Shown here: positions 7,041-14,103 of the stretch, one piece after another
How positions within the stretch are numbered: the first letter of the stretch is position 1
Layout of the letters: each line of letters starts with the position of its first letter
IMG/VR virus record: IMGVR_UViG_3300042558_004670
DNA: 20,000 nt
Source of the DNA: an uncultured virus (IMG/VR IMGVR_UViG_3300042558_004670)
Taxonomy: Duplodnaviria > Heunggongvirae > Uroviricota > Caudoviricetes
Direction: 5' to 3' (one strand)
Program-made: the position numbers and the translations under genes
Notes under the pieces: model-generated
Seen by the model: the letters and a program-made list of their open reading frames with translations, nothing else
Told to the model about the DNA's origin: nothing
Databases searched by the model: none

Positions 7041-8060
7041 GTGGCTGGGTTTAAGTCGATCACGAAGGCAAAGTCATACGGTCGGTCGCTGGACACAGCG
7101 AGATACCACGAAATGACAGCGTTGCAACCCCCACCCGCTGCGCGGAGAAACAAAACCCTTGAGGATATGTGGAATAAGCTTCTGGAGGGGCCGAACATCT
7201 GCCATAGCGACCCGAACCAATGGCGTCCACCTCCGTCCGTACGGCCATCCAGCTTCCCGTTTTGCCCCCGGTTCTTCGTCATGCGGGAACTTGGTGCTGT
7301 GATCCCTGACGACTTCACGACGAGGTCGAACTTTTTTACGGAGATCGGAAAGGGCGTTCATTACGTTTGCCAGAATGGCTTGGCTCAAAGTGGGCGGCTG
7401 TGGGGAGAGTGGCGCTGTGCTCGCCCCGGCTGTGGGAAGATGCGCAAGGGTGTCACCTTGTACCCCTTCGGCAAGCGTTGCAAGCATTGCGACGCCGATA
7501 AATGGGAGTATGAGGAGCTGACTGTGGCTGACCCAGAGATTGGTCTGCGCGGTCATGTGGACGGTGTGCTTGTGTGGGAGGACGGCGATCACCACTACCA
7601 ATCTGTACTGGAAGTGAAGACAGCCGACCACGATAAGGTCGTTAGCCTTAAAAAGCTTGGTGGGTCTGACATCTCCCAGTTGTTCGCAACAGAGGCACCT
7701 TGGTACGGTTACGGGCATCAAGCACGAACGTATGCGACTCTTCTGCGGGAGAAGTACCCAGAAGTTCTCACGAACATCTTGTATGTTGACTACTTTATTC
7801 AGAGTCGGAATGACCCGGACACGTATGTCAGTTTCCGTATGGAGGCAGGGGTAGACGACTGGTGGGTCGAGATTCGTCGACGCATTGTGTCAGCAAAGGA
7901 GTCCCTTGCCAAAAAAGTAATCCCAGTCGGTTTCGCAAGGAATGAGAAGGAGATTAAGGAACTTCCAAGTTGTTGCTTTTGCAACCTCAAGGAGTCCTGC
8001 CTTGTTCCACCAAAGGAAGTTGACTACGTGTCAGATGACTTGTACAAAATAGGAAAGTAG
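7041..8060 (+). CDS. Cas4-like PD-(D/E)XK exonuclease with Fe-S staple and inserted zinc ribbon
   Basis: RPSSFPFCPR, GKGVH, LRGHVDG, LEVKT, QARTYA and C-terminal CCFCNLKESC. Insert CARPGC...CKHC. GTG 7041 follows AGGGG (alternative start 7035). Confidence 0.85.
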   Translation: MAGFKSITKAKSYGRSLDTARYHEMTALQPPPAARRNKTLEDMWNKLLEGPNICHSDPNQWRPPPSVRPSSFPFCPRFFVMRELGAVIPDDFTTRSNFFTEIGKGVHYVCQNGLAQSGRLWGEWRCARPGCGKMRKGVTLYPFGKRCKHCDADKWEYEELTVADPEIGLRGHVDGVLVWEDGDHHYQSVLEVKTADHDKVVSLKKLGGSDISQLFATEAPWYGYGHQARTYATLLREKYPEVLTNILYVDYFIQSRNDPDTYVSFRMEAGVDDWWVEIRRRIVSAKESLAKKVIPVGFARNEKEIKELPSCCFCNLKESCLVPPKEVDYVSDDLYKIGK

Positions 8061-8069
8061 GAGAACGAC

Positions 8070-8258
8070 ATGAGCGGAACGATTTTGCAGGGCGACTTTG
8101 TTGAGCAGACGGAAGTGCTTGCACCAGAGAAGAAGGAAGAGAAGGAACTTCCCGCAGACGCGCAGGCACCAACTGCGAAAGATGCAGGGCGTCTGCGCGG
8201 TGTGACGAAGTTCGCAACCGCAATTGATGAGGTTCAGGACTTCCCTGACCGGAAGTGA
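8070..8258 (+). CDS. Small hypothetical protein
   Basis: AGGAG RBS. Fills the gap exactly between the nuclease stop and the convergent gene. Confidence 0.6.
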   Translation: MSGTILQGDFVEQTEVLAPEKKEEKELPADAQAPTAKDAGRLRGVTKFATAIDEVQDFPDRK

Positions 8259-8828
8259 TCACTTTGGGAAGGTGCGGGCTTTGTCACCAAGCTCGCGGTC
8301 GCCTGCCCAAATGACGCGCTCGCGCTGGCGTACCTTTGCGGGGCGCTGACCAGATGCAGCGTTCAACGACCCTACCTCTGGATCGACACCGGGCTGGCGA
8401 CGACGCAATGCGATCGAGAACGCCATCATCACGTGCTTGCAGACCCTTGGGTCTTCTGTTGGGTTCGTGAATCGAGGCCTCTGCCCGTTGGATTGGACAA
8501 CAACGCTTGACCCTTTGCTCGCGAGAGCAACTTCACAGTTGAACTTGAAGTAAGGGCAGCTGCACCAACACCAACACCGGGTATTTACGTTCAGCGGGCC
8601 GTGGAAACGGATCGCTACCTTACGGTAACCTTCCGTACACCGTACACGGAACTTGAACTCCCGATACCGACCAGTTTCGTCTTCTACCATATAGCCACCA
8701 GATTTGGTGGTGGATGGCTTGTTCTTTGCGAAGCGAGGGACAGCGTAGGTCTGCGCGTAGCACTGATAGCGTGCCCGTGCCTTCACCTTGGCAGAAGTAG
8801 CAGCGAACATGGCGGAGAGGGTGAACAT
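8259..8828 (-). CDS. SWIM-type zinc finger protein
   Basis: CSCPYF...CKH (CxC-xn-CxH) signature, basic composition. ATG 8828 preferred because 8861 overlaps the divergent gene. Confidence 0.65.
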   Translation of the reverse strand: MFTLSAMFAATSAKVKARARYQCYAQTYAVPRFAKNKPSTTKSGGYMVEDETGRYREFKFRVRCTEGYRKVAIRFHGPLNVNTRCWCWCSCPYFKFNCEVALASKGSSVVVQSNGQRPRFTNPTEDPRVCKHVMMAFSIALRRRQPGVDPEVGSLNAASGQRPAKVRQRERVIWAGDRELGDKARTFPK

Positions 8829-8843
8829 TGACAGAGGATGCTC

Positions 8844-10112
8844 ATGGCAACGACAACGCAACCAGCTCGAAAGAGCTATCTTGAAGGACTTGTATCAAAG
8901 ACCGACAAATTCAAGGTTGAGGAGCTACTTGACCTGTACGCAGTGTACGACCATCTGGTCATCGACCACGTATTCTGCAAGCTTTTGTACCCCTACTGCA
9001 AGGTTGCCCGCTCATGGGTGCTTGATCAGGCGCGGGATCTGATTGCTGGGACGGACCGCAATCGACTGATCCTGACCTCCCGTGCTCGAAAAGCGTCGGA
9101 GGAGAAGTACAGCCGGTCAGGCGGCATCGTGAAGCCAAAAAACCAAGACTTCGTGATGCAGGCGATCCTGCTTTCACGGAAGGCTTTGATGGGCGACGTG
9201 GCAATCACACCCGAAGATGTGAAACGTCTTGGTCTCTCCCGAATGGTCTGTGACGATGTCGGCTTGTTCGTTCTGGCGCTACTTCGCCCTTACCCTGAGT
9301 TGGTCACACGGTATTTGCAGGCCAAAGCAGACGGCGACTCCGACCTGATCGTGAGTCTTGACGCGGAAATGACTGCCATTGAGGCCGAAGTCGGCGTTCA
9401 TCGCGACCACGCGTGGTACGTCGCCGTGAATCTTCGTGCTATTTATGATAGCCTACAGCGACAGGTCCAGCATGTGTGCTTGGCCTACACACGACTCCTG
9501 TTCCGCTTTGCCCACCAGTTGCGGGGCATGACGGAGACTGACGAGAACTTCTCTGCTGGCTATCAGGGTTTGGTGAATGCTGCTCGCAACTACGACCCAT
9601 CTGACGGGTCCAGCTTCACCTCGCACTGTGCTTGGTGGATCAAGAGCGCCATCCTGACCCGCCAGCGACAGAGCAGCGTGATCCAAGTTCCCACCACAAC
9701 GCGCAACGCGCTGACGTGGGCGGAGACCCACAAAGACGAAGTCAGTGGAAGCCGCCTGTCAGACCTCCGTGGCCGCGCTGACCTCTACTTCACAGCCGCA
9801 CGCAACCGCAGGGATGAGGATTCGGATGAGGTGATCAGCTACGACGCCACGATCATCTCCTCCCCCGAGGCGGAAGTCGTCCTTGGCAGCAGCGTGCAAC
9901 ACGCCCAACGTGCGGAGGAGGGGTACCACGAGGATACTGCCCACACGAACATTCGCGTTGCGCTGTCTGATGTTTTCGACATGTTGTCTTGCACGGATCC
10001 TGCCAGCTTGTTTCCTTTCTTGCTCTGGGCACTGAACGCTGGTATTGATGCTTCACTGCTGGCGCAAGCGTCCTCCCGGATGTTTTGCGCACGTGGTCAC
10101 AAAGCCGCTTGA
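8844..10112 (+). CDS. Phage sigma70-family factor (region 2 conserved, region 4.2 not recognisable)
   Basis: LAYTRLLFRFA (2.1), SAGYQGLVNAARNYDPSDGSSFTSHCAWWIKSAI (2.2-2.4) and VIQVP match RpoD ANLRLVISIA / EGNIGLMKAVDKF...KFSTYATWWIRQAI / TIRIP. ATG 8844 follows AGAGGA (alternative 8838). Confidence 0.85.
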   Translation: MATTTQPARKSYLEGLVSKTDKFKVEELLDLYAVYDHLVIDHVFCKLLYPYCKVARSWVLDQARDLIAGTDRNRLILTSRARKASEEKYSRSGGIVKPKNQDFVMQAILLSRKALMGDVAITPEDVKRLGLSRMVCDDVGLFVLALLRPYPELVTRYLQAKADGDSDLIVSLDAEMTAIEAEVGVHRDHAWYVAVNLRAIYDSLQRQVQHVCLAYTRLLFRFAHQLRGMTETDENFSAGYQGLVNAARNYDPSDGSSFTSHCAWWIKSAILTRQRQSSVIQVPTTTRNALTWAETHKDEVSGSRLSDLRGRADLYFTAARNRRDEDSDEVISYDATIISSPEAEVVLGSSVQHAQRAEEGYHEDTAHTNIRVALSDVFDMLSCTDPASLFPFLLWALNAGIDASLLAQASSRMFCARGHKAA

Positions 10113-10151
10113 CCGTGATCGGCTGACGTGAATAAGTCGCAAAAGTCCAAA

Positions 10152-10181
10152 ACGCCGCAAGGCACCCCACGCCGCAAGGCA
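10152..10181 (+). promoter_or_regulatory. Direct repeat ACGCCGCAAGGCA x2 (GNRA mini-hairpins) in SSB leader
   Basis: Copies at 10152-10164 and 10169-10181, each folding GCC-GCAA-GGC, directly before the AAGAAGAAGG RBS. Confidence 0.6.
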
Positions 10182-10200
10182 AAGAAGAAGGTAAAGTCAC

Positions 10201-11274
10201 ATGGCTGGTAAAGGTTTCAAGTCCGTCCCCAAGACCAACAACGACCGCTGGGATGATCCGATCAAGGAAGACGTCATCCTGATCGGCACCAAGCCCCGAG
10301 TTCTTCGGTTCTTCCCTTACCTTCTTGAGCTGCGAACTCACTACATCGAGTTCCTGAGCGAGCAAAAGGGAAAGACGGGCTTTCCCACTCTGTGTGTCGG
10401 TTGGGACCCAATCAAAGAGCAGCCATCGGGTCGTGTTTGCCCATGGTGTGCCGAGATGAAGACCGTGGTCGACAAGAAGACCAAGGCTGAGTCGCAGAAG
10501 CAGCGCTTCTACCAGTCATCGGCGTTCTTCGGCTTCGCCTTTGACCGTGGTCTCCAGAAGAAGACCAAGGAAACGACCGTTGGCCCGGTTCGCATGACGC
10601 GCACCTTGGCGGAGAAGCTGAAGGCACTGCCACAGAGCAAGTACCACCCCGACATGCTTGAAGCGGAGCAGATCGAGGAAATGAACATCGACATCAACGA
10701 TCTGGAAACGCTCCCAGACGTGACCGATGAAAAGTACGGCTTTGACGTGACTGTTCTCCGCACGGAGAAGAGTGGCAAGGTTGACTACGACGCCAATCCG
10801 GGCAACACCAGCCCTCTCACGGCTGCTGAGCTGGAGCTGTTCGAGGCCTACTTGAAGAGCCATGACATCGCCAAGATGGCGGCAAATGGCATCAAGTCGC
10901 AGTCGAACGAGGATATCATCAAGTCCTTGGACCGCTTGCGCGACAAGTTCATGGTGGGTGCTGACGAGGTTGCTGGTCCATCCGAGAAGAAGACCGGCAC
11001 CAACAAGTCTCAGCGCATGGCGCCTGTGCCAGACGATGACGAGGAAGCTCCTCGTGAATCGCTGACTGGTGGCGGTGACGATGATGACGACGACGCAGAG
11101 GCCGCGCCTCCCCCGCCAAAGAAGACGGCAACCAAGCCCGCAACCAAGCCTGTTGCTGCCAAGACGTCCGCCAAGCCGCGTTACGCGCTTGACGACGATG
11201 ACGGTGATGACACGACGTCGATGTCGAACCCGGACCCAGCTGACGCTCCGAGCGATGACGACGACGAGGGCTGA
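10201..11274 (+). CDS. Single-stranded DNA-binding protein, T4 gp32-like
   Basis: VLRFFP, H...C...CPWC metal site, DVTDEKYGFDVTVLR...VDYD, long acidic C-terminal tail ending DDDDEG. Located near RecA. Confidence 0.8.
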   Translation: MAGKGFKSVPKTNNDRWDDPIKEDVILIGTKPRVLRFFPYLLELRTHYIEFLSEQKGKTGFPTLCVGWDPIKEQPSGRVCPWCAEMKTVVDKKTKAESQKQRFYQSSAFFGFAFDRGLQKKTKETTVGPVRMTRTLAEKLKALPQSKYHPDMLEAEQIEEMNIDINDLETLPDVTDEKYGFDVTVLRTEKSGKVDYDANPGNTSPLTAAELELFEAYLKSHDIAKMAANGIKSQSNEDIIKSLDRLRDKFMVGADEVAGPSEKKTGTNKSQRMAPVPDDDEEAPRESLTGGGDDDDDDAEAAPPPPKKTATKPATKPVAAKTSAKPRYALDDDDGDDTTSMSNPDPADAPSDDDDEG

Positions 11275-11283
11275 AGCCCAATA

Positions 11284-11320
11284 AGGAACCGCACGCTCGA
11301 TTTGGGCGTGCGGTTCCTCT
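11284..11320 (+). terminator. Strong hairpin after SSB (terminator/stabiliser)
   Basis: AGGAACCGCACGCTC-GATTT-GGGCGTGCGGTTCCT, 15 bp with one G-U. Poor U-tract. Confidence 0.6.
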
Positions 11321-11343
11321 ACCATCGAAACTGAAGGTGCATC

Positions 11344-11835
11344 ATGCCGGGTTCTACGAACAGCGGGAAGACCTCCATTGCTGAGGTGCGTGAGTGGAGG
11401 AAAGAAGCGGGTGATCGTCTTCAGCTTCTCTTGCTCGTGGGCAGCACCACACCATCTGTGCGTCCCGGTGCTCCAGAACTTGCTGCTGCGGTGCTGGCTG
11501 CTCTTGTGGCTCCAGACGGTCTGCTTGACCGGACACTCCAGCAAGTCAAGGAAGATCACCCCACAAGCATGCGCTACGCCCGCTGGGAGTTGGATGAGCT
11601 AGACAGTCAACTACTGAATGAAGTAGGGGTTGTTTGGTTACCACAAGTCCGTCTGATTCGTGGAGAACAGACACTCATACGCAGTGCAGTAAGCATGGCA
11701 GACAACGGGAAGTTCGTGGCAGCAGATGTTGGTGGTCAGTCCTATCGCAGGTCAGAAGCACCACTCATCCTTCTCAGCGATTTGATTTGCCGAGAAGCGG
11801 AACGCTCCATCCAAAAGAAGCCAATTCGTCGCTGA
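11344..11835 (+). CDS. Thioredoxin-fold protein lacking CxxC
   Basis: LQQVKEDHPTSMRYARWELDE...LLNEVGVVWLPQVRLIRGEQ parallels Trx LDEIADEY..LTVAKLNIDQ...KYGIRGIPTLLLFKNGE including the cis-Pro position. GAAGG RBS. Confidence 0.5.
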   Translation: MPGSTNSGKTSIAEVREWRKEAGDRLQLLLLVGSTTPSVRPGAPELAAAVLAALVAPDGLLDRTLQQVKEDHPTSMRYARWELDELDSQLLNEVGVVWLPQVRLIRGEQTLIRSAVSMADNGKFVAADVGGQSYRRSEAPLILLSDLICREAERSIQKKPIRR

Positions 11836-11849
11836 GGAAAGAGGGTATC

Positions 11850-13229
11850 ATGGCAACAAAGAAGAAGTCCGAAGAAGCAAAAGAAGCGAAAGAAGCAAAG
11901 AAGAAGGCTGCCGCCGAGAAGGAGGTCGACATCTTCAAGCTGGTTGATGCGCAGCTCGCAGCTCGTGGCACGCGCAACATCACGTTGACAGAGACGACAG
12001 CAGCCGACCTCGTCAGCACAGGCATCTTGTGCTTGGACCTCTTGTTGGGCGGTGGTCACAAGGGTGGTCGCGTCACGCAGATCTATGGGCCAGCGCATTC
12101 GGGGAAGAGCACCACCGCATACACTGCGATGGCAGCCGCGCTTCAGCGCGAGAATCCGATCCTCACGTCAATGTACGACTTCGAAGGCACCACTGACCAC
12201 TCGTACATCACCCGGATCGGCGTCCCTCTCAAGACCGCCAGCAAATACTGGCGCTACAGCAAGGCCACCAATGGGCCAGAGTTGTACAAGTTCCTGCGAG
12301 ATGTTGCCCGTGGCTTGAAGGACAAAGATTCTGGTCCACCACAGCTTCTGGTGTTCATTGACTCGATCGCGTCGATGGCCACTGAAGATGAGATGGAGGC
12401 GGATGAAGAGGATGGTCGCCTTGCACGCCGTGCTGCGATGCACAGCACGTGGTGGCCCCGCATCAAGACCCTCTTGTCGCTGAAAAACATCAGCATCATG
12501 GCTGTCAACCAGATCCGCGCGAATCCATCCCCCTACGCCCCACCACAGAGCCGCCCCGGTGGCAACGCGTGGGAGTTCAACACGGACAATCTGATCCGTG
12601 TGAAGGGTGGCAAGAAGATCATGTACCGTGGTGAACAGTACCAGCCGGTCACGTTCACCACTGAGAAGAACAAGAACGCAGTCAGCGGCTTCGAGGCCAC
12701 CATCTTCCTGAAACTGGGTCATGGGTTTGACCCAGCATCAGACATCATGGCGTTCCTTGTGCTGACAGGGTTCGGTCGTTACGCCAAGGAAAGCAAGAGG
12801 AATGTCTTTGTCGTTGATGAGGACTTCACGAAGCTTTCCAAGTCGACGCATGAGCTGCATGGGTCCATGCCCGTTCTCGAATTCGAGACCAACATTCGTG
12901 AAGACGAAGCTTTCCGGACAGCGTTCTTTGCTGCTGCACAGGAACTGATCATTGGTGGTGTGGCGTTCCCCCGCATGCAGCAGCACCGCATCAACACTGA
13001 GATTGAAAAAGAGCGCAAGGCGAAGGAAAAGAAGGCCCGGATCGATGCCGGGGAAGAAGTGGAAGAAGAAGCCCCAAAGAAGGGAAAGGGAAAGAAGGGC
13101 AAGAAGGCGTCCCCAGCGGCTTTGGCAGCTGAGGAGCCTGACGAGCCTGAAGAGGAAGAAGAAGCAGCGGAGTTCACGTTTGAGGACGTAGTGTCCTCTG
13201 ACGAGGACGACACAGACGCTGCGGCGTAA
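11850..13229 (+). CDS. recA: RecA/UvsX-like recombinase
   Basis: STGILCLDLLLGGG, GRVTQIYGPAHSGKST (Walker A), DFEG, VFIDSIA (Walker B), VNQIR, PGGNA, KNK. ATG 11850 after GAGGG. Charged N- and C-terminal tails. Confidence 0.93.
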   Translation: MATKKKSEEAKEAKEAKKKAAAEKEVDIFKLVDAQLAARGTRNITLTETTAADLVSTGILCLDLLLGGGHKGGRVTQIYGPAHSGKSTTAYTAMAAALQRENPILTSMYDFEGTTDHSYITRIGVPLKTASKYWRYSKATNGPELYKFLRDVARGLKDKDSGPPQLLVFIDSIASMATEDEMEADEEDGRLARRAAMHSTWWPRIKTLLSLKNISIMAVNQIRANPSPYAPPQSRPGGNAWEFNTDNLIRVKGGKKIMYRGEQYQPVTFTTEKNKNAVSGFEATIFLKLGHGFDPASDIMAFLVLTGFGRYAKESKRNVFVVDEDFTKLSKSTHELHGSMPVLEFETNIREDEAFRTAFFAAAQELIIGGVAFPRMQQHRINTEIEKERKAKEKKARIDAGEEVEEEAPKKGKGKKGKKASPAALAAEEPDEPEEEEEAAEFTFEDVVSSDEDDTDAAA

Positions 13230-13240
13230 CGCTCCTGCCC

Positions 13241-13270
13241 AAACCCTGCTCATAGGGAGTAGGGTTTCCC
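13241..13270 (+). terminator. Hairpin after recA
   Basis: AAACCCTGCTC-ATAGG-GAGTAGGGTTT, 11 bp with one G-U. Confidence 0.55.
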
Positions 13271-13316
13271 CTTGGTATACAGTGCCCAACTGGGCCTTAC
13301 AGAAGAGACAAGCAAC

Positions 13317-13655
13317 ATGCCGAAGAAGTCTGCCCCCAAAGCCCCTCCTGCTGGTTTCGCTGGCGCGGAGAAGAACGTCATTGCCGCTGCGTCCCGCCTT
13401 GGCGAAGACGTGCTTCAGGAAATGGAAGCCCTCAGCACGCAGGAGATCAAAGACAAACTGGCTGGCATCGCGGTTCAGGATGCGGAATGTCAGGTCTTCC
13501 TGAAGACAACAGAAGAAATCCTCAAGCTGAAGGAGGAGTTGGCCTTGATCGAAGGACCAACCAAAGACACGCGCAAGGCGCTGTCTGACCGGCGTGCTGT
13601 GCTGGTCCACCTCCTTGTTGAAAAGGGCGGATCGACGGATGAGGTCGAGGCATGA
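13317..13655 (+). CDS. Small helical/coiled-coil hypothetical protein
   Basis: ATG 13317 after AGAAGAG. Heptad-like EEILKLKEELALIE. Stop overlaps next start (ATGA). Confidence 0.7.
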   Translation: MPKKSAPKAPPAGFAGAEKNVIAAASRLGEDVLQEMEALSTQEIKDKLAGIAVQDAECQVFLKTTEEILKLKEELALIEGPTKDTRKALSDRRAVLVHLLVEKGGSTDEVEA

Positions 13656-14029
13656 CGCAGCTTGACGAGACAACTACCAAGCATCACGACGGGTTCGGCC
13701 TTGCTGAATCCATTGTGGTGAAGATGGGGCCGAAAGACGTCAACGCGGGGAACGGACGCCACGTCTTTTCCGCTGAGGTCAACGGCGAACAGGTCATGTT
13801 CGCTCAGTTCCAGCATGGCCCACGACTCGTTGAAGGCTCCAAAGCTGGGATTCTCGATTCCGTCCTTCTGGCGGTACTGATCGAGCGCTACGAAGCGTTC
13901 CAGAGTGGGCGCTTCTCATGCAGCGAGAACGATGCTGTGCTGGCTCATCTCCGACAAGCGCTGTCACTGATGCATGCCAGAGCAAAAGAACGGGCAAGCA
14001 GAAGTGTGCTTGGGCTCAACGAGAAGTGA
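13652..14029 (+). CDS. tad1: Tad1-family anti-defence sponge (anti-Thoeris/anti-CBASS)
   Basis: 125 aa. FQHGPR..GSKAGILDSVLLAVLIERYEAFQSGRFSCSEN..VLAHLRQAL..M..R...R..R.VLGLNEK aligns without gaps to CbTad1 as recalled ([73 protein letters not shown]). Confidence 0.88.
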   Translation: MTQLDETTTKHHDGFGLAESIVVKMGPKDVNAGNGRHVFSAEVNGEQVMFAQFQHGPRLVEGSKAGILDSVLLAVLIERYEAFQSGRFSCSENDAVLAHLRQALSLMHARAKERASRSVLGLNEK

Positions 14030-14034
14030 GCAAT

Positions 14035-14068
14035 AAGAGAAGGCCCCAGAGATGGGGCCTTTTCTTTC
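14035..14068 (+). terminator. Rho-independent terminator after tad1
   Basis: AGGCCCCA-GAGA-TGGGGCCT followed by TTTCTTT. Confidence 0.85.
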
Positions 14069-14076
14069 GTGGGGAC

Positions 14077-14085
14077 GCACTCTCC
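14077..14085 (+). promoter_or_regulatory. Candidate phage promoter motif GCACTCTCC followed by AAGAGG RBS
   Basis: Identical to 1274-1282. Lies immediately downstream of a terminator, where a new promoter is needed. Confidence 0.4.
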
Positions 14086-14103
14086 TACAAGAGGATTCCC
14101 ATC

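Noticed and set aside
7041..8060. CRISPR-Cas locus
   Set aside because: No repeat-spacer array and no other cas genes in the window.
11634..11849. Extended RecA N-terminus
   Set aside because: Overlaps the thioredoxin-like gene; ATG 11850 has a strong SD.
13273..13283. Extended -10-like TGGTATACAGT before the tad1 cassette
   Set aside because: Imperfect -10 and no -35; plausible but not supportable by eye.
13317..13655. UvsY-like recombination mediator
   Set aside because: Size, helicity and position fit, but no recognisable sequence similarity and a hairpin separates it from recA.
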